A stretch of DNA of 64,000 nucleotides, taken from contig CAZUDI010000001.1 in the NCBI GenBank assembly GCA_964618975.1, forward strand, positions 2,234-66,233, in the 5' to 3' direction. The position numbers were made by a program, and so were the translations under genes. Below are positions 1 through 8,584 of this stretch, piece after piece (within the stretch, counting starts at the first letter, position 1; each line of letters opens with the position of its first letter). The notes under the pieces are model-generated. The model did not search any database, was not told the DNA's origin, and saw only the letters and a list, made by a program, of their open reading frames with translations. The stretch comes from an uncultured Bacteriovoracaceae bacterium. GTDB taxonomy: Bacteria; Desulfobacterota; Desulfomonilia; UBA1062.

Positions 1-197
1 ATGCCATCGACATCGAGGCCCTCGGCCAGGTCTTGGACTGGTTGGTCCCGGAATTGGTCGAGGCCCTGCGTCCCGCCCTGGAAGCGGCACTGCCGGCACT
101 GGTGCAGGGCCTGTGCGAGCTGCTGGAGCAGCATCCGGAACCCGATGTGCTGGACCCCTTGAGGACGTTCTTGGCCAGCCAGGGAGGTGCCAGATGA
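1..197 (+). CDS. 3'-terminal fragment of an upstream gene (5' end outside the window); its TGA stop overlaps the ATG of the next gene (ATGA)
   Basis: Frame 0 is open from position 3 with high GC3 and reads ...LVEALRPALEAALPALVQGLCELLEQHPEPDVLDPLRTFLASQGGAR*. The stop at 195-197 overlaps the ATG at 194. Confidence 0.4.
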   Translation, partial: AIDIEALGQVLDWLVPELVEALRPALEAALPALVQGLCELLEQHPEPDVLDPLRTFLASQGGAR

Positions 198-1324
198 AAG
201 ACATTTTCCGTAAGACCGCCAGTACCCTTGCCAATGAGGCCGTGGCGCGTTTCAAGTCCGAGGGCCGTCCGGTCATCGGCTATCCCTGCACCTATGTGCC
301 CGAGGAGATCATCCATGCCCTGGGTGGTCTGCCATTCAGGCTGCGCGGGGTGGGCATCTCGTCTCTGTCCATCGGGGACACCTATTTCGGCCCCGTCATC
401 TGCAGCTTTCCCAAATGCGTCCTGCAGCTGGCCGGGGAAGGTCAATACGCCTTCCTCGACGGGGTCATCATGTCCAATGGCTGCGACTCCATGCGCCGTC
501 TGGACGAGTGCTGGCGCAAGGCCGATGACGACATCCCGGGCACGTCCCCGGGCTTTTTCCACTACTTCGGGGTACCCCACAAGGACACCACCTACAGCCG
601 CGACTGGTTCGCCGAGGAGATCCGGGGGCTCATCGAGGCCCTCGAGGGGCACTTCGGGCTCACCCTCACCAAAGAAGCCCTGGGGGAATCCATCCGCCTC
701 TACAACGAGGGCCGCATGCTGCTCAGGCGCCTGGATGCCCTGCGAGCCCGGGAGAAGGCGCCGCTCTCGGGGGAGGAGGCCCTGAGTGTGATCATCGCGG
801 GCAGCTCTCTTCCGCGCGAGGAATACAACCGCCTGCTCACGGAGCTTCTCGTCGAGATGGAAGCTGCACCTGACGGCATCGACGGCCGCAAGCGGCTTCT
901 GCTCGTGGGCAGCATCAACGACGACCTCGATTTCGTGCGGGTGATCGAGGAGTGCGGGGCCCTGGTGGCGGCGGACACCCTGTGTTTCGGCGCACGCGCC
1001 TACCGCGATCTCGTGCCCGCAGACGGCGATCCGATCGAGGCCCTGGCCGGACGATACCTCTCACACGCCTATTGCCCGCGCATGTTCGGCCACTACCGCG
1101 AGCGTCTGGCGCTTCTTATGGACACGGTGCGCGAGTTCCGGATCGATGGAGTGATTCTGCAGAACATCCGCTTCTGCGACCTGCATGGCTCGGAAAACGG
1201 CATCTTCCAGCGGGACCTGGAGCGGGAGGGCATCCCCTGCCTGCGCATGGAGCGCGAATACGGTCCGCTGGTGGAATCCGGAAGGATCCGAATGCGCGTG
1301 GATGCCTTTCTGGAAAAGCTCTGA
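194..1324 (+). CDS. 2-hydroxyacyl-CoA dehydratase / benzoyl-CoA reductase family subunit, HgdB/BcrB-like (beta-type, 376 aa)
   Basis: Read from ORF 113..1324; the start is moved to MKDIFRK, which has an AGGGAGG SD. The YPCTYVPEEIIHALG motif and overall HgdB/BadE-family features are present. Confidence 0.8.
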   Translation: MKDIFRKTASTLANEAVARFKSEGRPVIGYPCTYVPEEIIHALGGLPFRLRGVGISSLSIGDTYFGPVICSFPKCVLQLAGEGQYAFLDGVIMSNGCDSMRRLDECWRKADDDIPGTSPGFFHYFGVPHKDTTYSRDWFAEEIRGLIEALEGHFGLTLTKEALGESIRLYNEGRMLLRRLDALRAREKAPLSGEEALSVIIAGSSLPREEYNRLLTELLVEMEAAPDGIDGRKRLLLVGSINDDLDFVRVIEECGALVAADTLCFGARAYRDLVPADGDPIEALAGRYLSHAYCPRMFGHYRERLALLMDTVREFRIDGVILQNIRFCDLHGSENGIFQRDLEREGIPCLRMEREYGPLVESGRIRMRVDAFLEKL

Positions 1325-1396
1325 TTCATGGGCATGAACCCCAGGGCAAACCCTGGATCCGCCTTGACGCCGCAAGCAGTGGTGAATGCTATGCCT
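1322..1396. repeat. MITE/REP-like dispersed repeat, copy A (TGATTCATGGGCATGAACCCCAGGGCAAACCC...)
   Basis: It shares the ATGGG..ATGAACCCCAGGGCAAGCC left arm with copies E, H and D. Its first TGA is the stop codon of the gene ending at 1324. Confidence 0.75.
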
Positions 1397-1429
1397 AGCG
1401 CTTCAAGGCAGAAATGACAAAGGGGGTAT

Positions 1430-1663
1430 GTGATGACCAACGAATCCATCGCCATCGAGGTCCTCACGGGCATGGCCCTGGACGACGCGCGGGTGCTCGC
1501 CGAGCGCCAGCGGGCTATCGACGCCCTGACGCTCTTCCACGAGGAGGCGCTCAAGGCCCTGCAGATGATCGAGAAGAAGGTGCACAACCAGGTGCTCAAG
1601 GAGCGTTCCCGCCTCTATCAGGACCGCATCCGGCAGGGGGCCAGCATCAGCATGACGCTGTAG
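1430..1663 (+). CDS. small hypothetical protein (77 aa) embedded between dehydratase subunit genes
   Basis: The ORF has an AAGGGGG SD upstream of its ATG and ends 11 nt before the next gene's SD. I recognise no family for it. Confidence 0.45.
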   Translation: MMTNESIAIEVLTGMALDDARVLAERQRAIDALTLFHEEALKALQMIEKKVHNQVLKERSRLYQDRIRQGASISMTL

Positions 1664-1674
1664 GGGAGAAACAC

Positions 1675-3150
1675 ATGAAAAAGGAAACTCGCGAATACGC
1701 CTATGACTGGAATCTCTGGACCATCATCGCCAATGCCTCCCGCAGCTACGACGGCTCGCCCAAGGAATATGCCGCCCTGCTCGAGTATGTCCCGCACTTC
1801 CGGGATTGCCTCGACGCCCTCATCCGGCACGGGCAACCGGGCATCCTGCTGCTCAAGCTGCTGGAAGGCTACCTGAGCGACTGCCTGCAGGCCCGCGACC
1901 GCGGGCAGAAGACCGCCTTCACCACCTTCTGTTTCGCGAGCCCCATCCTGTATGCCTTCGATGTGGTCCCCATCTGCACCGAGCCCATGTCGGTCCTGGG
2001 GACCTTCATCCACAAACGCGGCACGGCCGAATTCCTCGATTTCTGCTGCGAGGCGGGCTTCACCGAGACCTCCTGCTCCGCCCAGCGCGGCGCCCTGGGG
2101 GCCTACCTGGCGGGCCTCGGGGTGCGGCCGGACTTCGTGGTCTGCGATTCCCCCGGCATCTGCGATACCAACGCCAATTCCTTCGCCTTCGCCGCGGCCT
2201 GGCTCGATGTCCCCTTCTTCCAGCTCGATCACCCCCCGACCCTGACCGACGAACGCGCGCGCCGCTACTACCGACAGGATTTCCGCCGGCTGATCGCCTT
2301 CCTCGAGGAGCAGACCGGGAAAACCCTCGACCATGAGAGGCTTCGCGCCGTGATCGAGGAAATCCGGCGCCAGGACGAGCTGATCTGCGAGATTCAGGAA
2401 CTGCAGACGCTTCAACCCAATCCCGTGCCCGGGATCTACACCCTCTTTCTGTATGCCGGCAACTTTCTCCGGGGCGGCCGTCCCGAATATACCCGTCTGC
2501 TGGAGGCCATGCTCGCAGGCCTGCGCCCGGGTAGCGCCCCCCTCATCGCTTCTCCGCCGGAGCGGGCGCGGGGGATCTTTGCCTATATCGACCACTACAC
2601 CACGGACCTGCGTTTCTGGAACTGGCTGGAGACCCAGGGGGTCAGCCACCTGGGGTGCATCCTCAGTGCCTTCTGGCAGAAGGAAGCCTCCTACGCCTCC
2701 GACCGCCAGGAGGAAACCTATGATGCCATCGACTGCACGAGCCTCGATGGCATGCTGGACACCCTGGCCGACCAGATGTCGCGCATGCCCATGGTGAAAT
2801 CGATCCGAGGCCCCTACGACGCCCCCCATATGTGGCTCGAGGATACCCTGGGCATGGCGCGCCACTACCGGGCCGATTTCGTGGCCTACATCGGCACCAT
2901 GGGGTGCCGCAACACCTGGGGCATGGTCAAGCTTCTGGCGCGCGACCTCGAGCGGCAGGGCTACCCTACCCTGGTCCTCTACGGCGATGCCTTCGATGAC
3001 CGGGTGATGTCGTGGGAGTCCATCACGGACAAGCTGGAGGAATTCCTCAGCCTCAGGAACATCGGGCGACAGCCCCTCCCGGACGGCACAGCGTCTCCCT
3101 TACGAACCGGGGATCGACACCCCCTCTCCTCGCGGCCGGGAGGGGTTTAA
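1675..3150 (+). CDS. 2-hydroxyacyl-CoA dehydratase / BCR family subunit, HgdA/BcrC-like (alpha-type copy 1, 491 aa)
   Basis: This is an in-frame internal start (MKKETREY..) of ORF 1414..3150, with a GGGGAG SD. It shows strong HgdA-family features and is a paralog of the next gene. Confidence 0.8.
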   Translation: MKKETREYAYDWNLWTIIANASRSYDGSPKEYAALLEYVPHFRDCLDALIRHGQPGILLLKLLEGYLSDCLQARDRGQKTAFTTFCFASPILYAFDVVPICTEPMSVLGTFIHKRGTAEFLDFCCEAGFTETSCSAQRGALGAYLAGLGVRPDFVVCDSPGICDTNANSFAFAAAWLDVPFFQLDHPPTLTDERARRYYRQDFRRLIAFLEEQTGKTLDHERLRAVIEEIRRQDELICEIQELQTLQPNPVPGIYTLFLYAGNFLRGGRPEYTRLLEAMLAGLRPGSAPLIASPPERARGIFAYIDHYTTDLRFWNWLETQGVSHLGCILSAFWQKEASYASDRQEETYDAIDCTSLDGMLDTLADQMSRMPMVKSIRGPYDAPHMWLEDTLGMARHYRADFVAYIGTMGCRNTWGMVKLLARDLERQGYPTLVLYGDAFDDRVMSWESITDKLEEFLSLRNIGRQPLPDGTASPLRTGDRHPLSSRPGGV

Positions 3151-3240
3151 TCGCTATGGGACAAATTCCCCGTTGCTTGCAGCGGCAAGGAGGGGCAAAA
3201 GCTTGCCCCGGGGTTCACACCTATCTTTTCGCATGATCAG
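3147..3240. repeat. MITE/REP-like dispersed repeat, copy B (TTAATCGCTATGGGACAAATTCCCCG...GCTTGCCCCGGGGTTCACACC...CATGATCAGG)
   Basis: This is a full-length, inverted-orientation copy. Its initial TTAA provides the TAA stop of the alpha-1 dehydratase gene. Confidence 0.8.
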
Positions 3241-3258
3241 GGACGACAGGAGGTCAGG

Positions 3259-4662
3259 ATGAAGCGAGAGACACGTGAGTACCGTTTTGACTGGAATCTC
3301 TGGACGATCCTCGAGTGTGCCTCCAAGACCCAGGACGGATTCCGCAAGGAGTATGCGCACCTGCTCGACTATGTCCCGCACTATGCCGGGGTGCTGGAAG
3401 AATTCATGCGCCACGGTGAACCGGGACAGCGCTTTCTGAAGCTCCTGGCCGAATACATGGACATGTGCGTCCATGCCAAGCAGCGCGGCCAGACCACGGC
3501 TCTGACCACCTTCTGCCTCGCGCCGCCGATCCTGTACGCCTTCGATGTCGTGCCGCTGAGCCTGGAGGCATGGACGGTGCTCGGCACGATCGTGCTTGAA
3601 CGCGGCACGGCCGAGTTCTTGGACCACTGCTGCGAACTGGGCTTCACCGAGACCTCCTGCTCGGCCCAGCGCGGGGCGCTGGGCGCCTGGCTGGCCGGCT
3701 TGTGCACCGAGATGGATTTCATCGTCTTCGACTCCCCGGGCATCTGCGACACCAATGCCAATTCCTTTGCCTTCGCCTCGGCCTGGCTCGACAAACCCCT
3801 CTTTCAGCTCAACAGCCCCCCGACCCTCACAGACGATCGCGCGCTGCGCTATCACCGCGAGGACTTCAGGGCCCTGATCCATTTCCTCGAAGAGCAGACC
3901 GGGAGGGCCCTGAACGAGGGACGGCTCAGGGAGGTGCTCGAGGAGATCGCCCTCCAGGACGAGCTCGCCTGCGAACTCTTCGACCTGGCCGCCCTGAGGC
4001 CCTCCCCCGTGCCCCCGGTCTATGACCTGCTGCTCTACGGGGGCAAATTCATGATGGGGGGGCTGCCGACCTACACCCGCCTCCTGGAATCCATGGTGAG
4101 AACGGCCAGCGAGAACGCCCGCCGCGGGGCGGCCGGCACGACGACGGGCCGCGAAAGGGCGCGCGCCTTCTTCTGCTATATCGATCATTACACGACCGAT
4201 GCCCGCTTCTGGAACTGGTTTGACCGGCAGGAGATCAGCCTGCTGGGCTCCATGCTCTTCACCTTCTGGCAGAAGGACGCCGTCTACGCGAAGGGCAAGG
4301 AGGATCAGGGGTATAGCATCAGGACCGACAACCTGGAGGGCATGCTCGACTCCCTGACGGCCCAGATGTCCCGCATGCCCATGGTCAAGCAGATCCGGGG
4401 ACCCTACGACGCACCGGGCATGATGCTGGACGACGCCCTGGGGGCCGCCCGGGCGCTTAATGCCGATTTCGTCGTCTATTTCGGCACCATGGGGTGCCGC
4501 AACACCTGGGGCATGATCAAGCTCATCGCCCGCGACCTGGAACGCGAAGGCTACCCCACCCTGATCATGTACGCCGACGGCTTCGACGACCGGGTGATGT
4601 CCTGGGATTCGATAACGGACAAAATGACTGAATTTCTAAACTTAAGGAGGATAGTGGCATGA
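3259..4662 (+). CDS. 2-hydroxyacyl-CoA dehydratase / BCR family subunit, HgdA/BcrC-like (alpha-type copy 2, tandem paralog)
   Basis: The 467-aa protein starts MKRETREYRFDWNLW and has an AGGAGG SD. It is collinear with the preceding gene at roughly 55-60% identity. Confidence 0.85.
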   Translation: MKRETREYRFDWNLWTILECASKTQDGFRKEYAHLLDYVPHYAGVLEEFMRHGEPGQRFLKLLAEYMDMCVHAKQRGQTTALTTFCLAPPILYAFDVVPLSLEAWTVLGTIVLERGTAEFLDHCCELGFTETSCSAQRGALGAWLAGLCTEMDFIVFDSPGICDTNANSFAFASAWLDKPLFQLNSPPTLTDDRALRYHREDFRALIHFLEEQTGRALNEGRLREVLEEIALQDELACELFDLAALRPSPVPPVYDLLLYGGKFMMGGLPTYTRLLESMVRTASENARRGAAGTTTGRERARAFFCYIDHYTTDARFWNWFDRQEISLLGSMLFTFWQKDAVYAKGKEDQGYSIRTDNLEGMLDSLTAQMSRMPMVKQIRGPYDAPGMMLDDALGAARALNADFVVYFGTMGCRNTWGMIKLIARDLEREGYPTLIMYADGFDDRVMSWDSITDKMTEFLNLRRIVA

Positions 4663-5450
4663 TCACAGCCGGATGTGACGTCGGTTCCCTTACCGCCAAG
4701 GCGGTGGTCCTCAACCGCAGAACCATCCTCGGACAGGCCGTCATCAAGGCCTCCTCCCATCCCGAGGAGGCGGCCGACGAGGTGATGTCCCGGGCGCTGG
4801 CGCAGGCCGGGATCCCCCGCAGCGAGGTACGCTGCTGCGTGGGCACGGGCTACGGCCGCAACAAGATCCCCTTTCTGGACCACGCCGTCTCCGAGATCAC
4901 CTGCCACGGCAGGGGGGCCCAGTGGCTGCTGCCCAGCGCGCGCACGGTGATCGACATCGGCGGCCAGGACTGCAAGGCCCTCCGGCTCGACCGGGACGGC
5001 ACGGTGCTGAAATTCACCACCAACGACAAGTGCGCCGCCGGAACGGGGCGTTTCCTGGAGGTCATGGCACGCCTGCTGGGACTGAGCCTGGACGAACTGG
5101 GTACCATGGGTGGCACCCCCTCGGGTGAGCCCCTGTCACTCTCCTCCACCTGCACCGTGTGGGTGCAGGCCGAGGTCATCCGTCACCTCAACTGCCGCAG
5201 GCCCATCGACGAGATCAGCGACGCCATCAACCGGGCCATGGCCGGCCGCGTGGCCATCCTGGCCAACAGCGTGGGGGTGGACAAGGACGTCTGCATGACC
5301 GGCGGGGTGGCCAAGAACCAGGGTGTGGTCAGGCACCTGGAACGGCTCCTGGGGGTGAGGATCAAGCGCCTGCGGATCGACCCCCAGCTCACCGGCGCCC
5401 TGGGCGCGGCCCTCGTGGCCCGGCAGCACCTGGAAGGGGGTGCGGCATGA
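4659..5450 (+). CDS. CoA-substrate-specific enzyme activase (HgdC/BcrAD/BadFG ATPase family), copy 1
   Basis: The 263-aa ORF has GCDVGSLTAKAVV ... GTGYGR ... IDIGGQD ... TGGVAKN motifs typical of the acetate/sugar-kinase-fold [4Fe-4S] activases. Its ATG overlaps the upstream stop (ATGA). Confidence 0.85.
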   Translation: MITAGCDVGSLTAKAVVLNRRTILGQAVIKASSHPEEAADEVMSRALAQAGIPRSEVRCCVGTGYGRNKIPFLDHAVSEITCHGRGAQWLLPSARTVIDIGGQDCKALRLDRDGTVLKFTTNDKCAAGTGRFLEVMARLLGLSLDELGTMGGTPSGEPLSLSSTCTVWVQAEVIRHLNCRRPIDEISDAINRAMAGRVAILANSVGVDKDVCMTGGVAKNQGVVRHLERLLGVRIKRLRIDPQLTGALGAALVARQHLEGGAA

Positions 5451-6223
5451 TCGTGGCAGGAATCGACGTGGGCTCGCTCACCGCCAAGGCGGTGATCCTG
5501 GACGACAACCGCATCCTGGCCGCGCAGATCATCCGGGATCTGCCCGATCCGGTCGAGTCCGCCCGCCGCGTGATTGCGGCGGCCCTGGACCAGGCGGGCC
5601 TGGGCCTGGCTGATCTCGCCTGCTGTGTGGGCACGGGCTACGGCCGGGAACAGATCCCCTTCGCGCATTCCACCTGCTCCGAGATCGCCTGTCACGGCAA
5701 GGGGGCCCAGTGGCACGACCCCGATATCCGCATGGTGATCGACATCGGGGGCCAGGACGCCAAGGCCATCCGCCTCGATTCAGAGGGCAATATCGTGCGC
5801 TACGCCTACAACGACAAGTGCGCCTCGGGCACCGGGCGCTTTCTGGAGATCATGGCCGAGGCCCTGGGCGTGCCCCTGGACGAGATGGGGGCGCTGTCGC
5901 TGAGTGCGCGCGAGGTCCTTTCGATCTCGAATCAGTGTGTCATCTTCGCCGAGACGGAGATCGTCTCCCTGGTCAACGAGGGCGCCGCGCTCCCGGCGGT
6001 CGTCAAGGGCCTGCACCGGGCCCTGGCACATCGCGTGGCGGCCCTGGCCAAGGGCATCGAGCTGGAGACCGGCATCGCCTTTACCGGAGGCGTGGCCAAA
6101 AACCCGGGCATGTTCGCCGAATTGGAAAGCGCTTTAGGGATCGAACTTCGACACATCGATCCCGACCCGCAGATTACCGGCGCCCTGGGAGCGGCGCTCT
6201 TCGCCGCCCAGCAGGCGGCCTGA
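5447..6223 (+). CDS. CoA-substrate-specific enzyme activase (HgdC/BcrAD family), copy 2
   Basis: The in-frame start MIVAGIDVGSLTAKAVIL lies within ORF 5159..6223. It carries the same motif set as copy 1 and is ATGA-coupled to it. Confidence 0.85.
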   Translation: MIVAGIDVGSLTAKAVILDDNRILAAQIIRDLPDPVESARRVIAAALDQAGLGLADLACCVGTGYGREQIPFAHSTCSEIACHGKGAQWHDPDIRMVIDIGGQDAKAIRLDSEGNIVRYAYNDKCASGTGRFLEIMAEALGVPLDEMGALSLSAREVLSISNQCVIFAETEIVSLVNEGAALPAVVKGLHRALAHRVAALAKGIELETGIAFTGGVAKNPGMFAELESALGIELRHIDPDPQITGALGAALFAAQQAA

Positions 6224-6224
6224 G

Positions 6225-6980
6225 ATGGATCTCTTCGAGCCCTATATCGATGCCGTGCGCGCCTTTGCCGCACGCCGCCCGGAAAGGAGGAGCACCACGC
6301 TCCCCGAGCAGGTAGTCTGGCCCCGGGGAGGCCGCCGCAACATCGTGCTCGGCTCCGACATGGCCTTCGAACTGGGCAGCCCGCAGATGGAGTCGTTCTC
6401 CGTGCTGCTCTGGAGCGAGCAGGCGGATCGGGTGCGCGACCGCTCGCTGACCCTGATCGGGCCGGACATTTCCCGGGGTGTGCCCGGGCAGCTGCCCTTT
6501 GCCCGGGTGCTCCTGGTGGGGGTCCAGGGCTTCGACGAACAGAACACCTATGCCCGCTACCGGGAGATGGAGCAGTCCCGCTACGATCTCGATCTGAGAG
6601 GCTACATGCTGCGGGCCGTTTCCCAGTACCAGCGCGAGTGGTGCCGCCTCAGCCATGAAGCCCTCGCGGGCGGGTTCACCTTTGCCACCCTGGCCGCGCG
6701 CCACATGGACCTCCTGCACCGCCTGCCCTATGTAATCGCAACCGAGATGCTCATCGTGACCTCTGCAAGCGAAGACGTGCGCGAACTGCGTATGGTCCTC
6801 AAGGACACCGCGCGCATCATCGCCGCCATGAACACGATGTTTTCCGAGCTGGATCTCGACTGCGAGAGTTGTGAATATCAGGATGTGTGCACGGAGGCCA
6901 GTGAGCTCAGACGCATGCATACACGCATCGTGGAGTCCGCCGCGCGGGAGCGCCAGCGCGACGAGGGACCCGGCTGTTAA
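6225..6980 (+). CDS. hypothetical protein co-transcribed with the dehydratase/activase cluster (C-terminal CxxCxxxxxC motif)
   Basis: The 251-aa ORF starts 2 nt after the activase stop. I recognise no family; the C-terminal CESCEYQDVC cysteines are the only notable motif. Confidence 0.55.
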   Translation: MDLFEPYIDAVRAFAARRPERRSTTLPEQVVWPRGGRRNIVLGSDMAFELGSPQMESFSVLLWSEQADRVRDRSLTLIGPDISRGVPGQLPFARVLLVGVQGFDEQNTYARYREMEQSRYDLDLRGYMLRAVSQYQREWCRLSHEALAGGFTFATLAARHMDLLHRLPYVIATEMLIVTSASEDVRELRMVLKDTARIIAAMNTMFSELDLDCESCEYQDVCTEASELRRMHTRIVESAARERQRDEGPGC

Positions 6981-7024
6981 GGAAAGTCTTTTCTTGGCGC
7001 TGTCTTTGTTATACAGACAGGGTC

Positions 7025-7291
7025 ATGGAAGAAAACACCTCTAACTGCCCCTTAAGCGCCTGGATGGATCGTGAGAATGCCTGCCGCACCCGTCAGGGAT
7101 CCGATGGCAACACCTGGATCAAGGTCTACTTCGGCTCGGGGGCCCACTTCAGAAACTGGCACGCGCAGTACGTGGAGATCTACGGTGAGGAGAACATCGA
7201 GGTGGAACCGGTGGACATGAAGGGCCGGGCCTGCTTCGGCGAGGGCGACCACACGGCCTACCGCATCTGGGCACGCCAGCTCTCTTCCTAG
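7025..7291 (+). CDS. small hypothetical protein (88 aa)
   Basis: This ORF has a weak RBS and convergent orientation and no recognisable family. Confidence 0.3.
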   Translation: MEENTSNCPLSAWMDRENACRTRQGSDGNTWIKVYFGSGAHFRNWHAQYVEIYGEENIEVEPVDMKGRACFGEGDHTAYRIWARQLSS

Positions 7292-7310
7292 CCGCCACGC
7301 GTCCCCGGTG

Positions 7311-7955
7311 TCATCTACCGATGCGCCTTTGGTGTGAGAGGAACCAGGCGTAAAGTTCAGAGCTTGCGTAGGCCTTGGTCCAGGCGTCGTGGCCGGCATC
7401 CGGATAGACGGTGAAACGCACCTCGCCCCCCAGAGCCCGCAGCGAGAGCACCATGGCCTGTGATTCCTTAAGGGGCACCACCTCGTCTTGAGCCCCGTGG
7501 AAACACCACACCGGCAGCCTCTCGAGGGTTCCGGGCCTGAAGGGGACCCGCAGCCCGCATATCGGGGCGATGGCAGCAAAGCGTTCCGGAAAGGCCGCTG
7601 CCAACTGCCAGGTGCCCCACCCGCCCAGGGAGAGGCCCGTCAGATAGATACGTCCCCCATCGACAGGCTTATCTGCGATAATCGCATCGAGCAGCTCCAT
7701 GAGCGGGGCGTTTTCCCAGCGGTACCCCGCCGGGCACTGGGGGGCCAGAATGACGAAGGGCAGCTCCTCCCCCTGCAGCACCCGCTGGAGCGGTCCATGG
7801 CGTGTGACAAGCTCGAGGTCATCCCCACACTCGCCCGTCCCGTGCAGGAAGAGCATCAGCGGCCGGGGTCCGGGTCCGGCTACCTCGGGCAGATAGAGCA
7901 CATGGCCATAGCCCTGCGGGGAGCCGGTGGGCAGGCGGCGACGGTATTCGAGCAT
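7311..7955 (-). CDS. alpha/beta-hydrolase fold esterase (phospholipase/carboxylesterase family)
   Basis: The 214-aa protein carries the GLSLGG nucleophile-elbow motif and a conserved His near the C-terminus. Confidence 0.75.
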   Translation of the reverse strand: MLEYRRRLPTGSPQGYGHVLYLPEVAGPGPRPLMLFLHGTGECGDDLELVTRHGPLQRVLQGEELPFVILAPQCPAGYRWENAPLMELLDAIIADKPVDGGRIYLTGLSLGGWGTWQLAAAFPERFAAIAPICGLRVPFRPGTLERLPVWCFHGAQDEVVPLKESQAMVLSLRALGGEVRFTVYPDAGHDAWTKAYASSELYAWFLSHQRRIGR

Positions 7956-7964
7956 GCCGCCCCC

Positions 7965-8477
7965 TCACTCCTCGGCAGGGTGCGTCCATCGGACACTCTC
8001 CCCCCTGTCGCGGGGTGCCTCCGGCACCGGACCGAGCAGGCCCAGCACCTCCCGGGGGGAGATACTGCACCCCCGCGCCCGCAGGAGGGTCTGCATGCGG
8101 GCGCAGGCCACCAGCCGGCCCTGCCGCTCGAAGAACTGCTCCATGATGAACCAGCGTTCGTCCCAGGTGACGAGCTGGGTCTTCAGCTCGAAGGTCTCTC
8201 CCAGCCGGAGTCCCCGGTGATACTCGATCGAAAGGCCCTTCATGACCGGGAACCACCTGCGCCGCAGGGCCGGAACCAGCACGCCGATGGATCCCATGAA
8301 ATGCAGGCGCCCCAGGTCCATGAAGGACAGGTAGCGCCCGTTGTTCATGTGCCCGTTGAGATCGATGTCGGTGGGCCCCACCCTGAAATGCAGGCACGCC
8401 TCGTCCAGGGGCCGCAGGCACGAGCCCTCAAGGCCCATGCGCACAATCAAGCCCAGCAGTCTGAGGTACATGTTCAC
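7965..8477 (-). CDS. hotdog-fold acyl-CoA thioesterase family protein
   Basis: The 170-aa protein has a DIDLNGHMNNGRYLSFMDLGR motif typical of thioesterase-superfamily (YbgC/4HBT-like) proteins. Confidence 0.65.
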   Translation of the reverse strand: MNMYLRLLGLIVRMGLEGSCLRPLDEACLHFRVGPTDIDLNGHMNNGRYLSFMDLGRLHFMGSIGVLVPALRRRWFPVMKGLSIEYHRGLRLGETFELKTQLVTWDERWFIMEQFFERQGRLVACARMQTLLRARGCSISPREVLGLLGPVPEAPRDRGESVRWTHPAEE

Positions 8478-8584
8478 TGTATGGCTCCCATCTTCTCCAG
8501 GAAGGCAGCTTTATTCATTCGCACCCTGAATACGGCGAGGGCACGTCCCGCCATGTGGTTAGACATCCTGGCCTCCGCGGGGAC

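Noticed and set aside
113-193. N-terminal extensions of track ORFs (113, 1414, 5159, 9502..10137, 43098, 44131, 48008..49486, 20851..22320 and others).
   Set aside because: Internal ATGs preceded by good Shine-Dalgarno sequences align with known family N-termini. The extensions run through upstream genes or intergenic repeats and are Arg/Pro-rich.
1618-2865. 415-aa minus-strand ORF antisense to the alpha-1 dehydratase gene. The same pattern applies to 3154..4188(-), 7488..8747(+), 8555..9487(+), 10155..10994(+), 14115..15050(+), 19043..19705(-), 22865..23656(-), 24045..24776(-), 34000..35685(-), 36437..37165(+), 41246..42058(+), 44158..44973(-), 46548..47939(+), 47936..49435(+), 53400..54347(+), 54344..56095(+), 56049..57563(+), 59929..60462(+), 62231..63040(+) and 32358..33260(-).
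   Set aside because: These are long open frames typical of high-GC DNA, lying antisense to or overlapping genes with strong family signatures. Their translations are low-complexity (Arg/Gly/Pro/Ala-rich) with no motifs and no SD, so I treat them as shadow ORFs.
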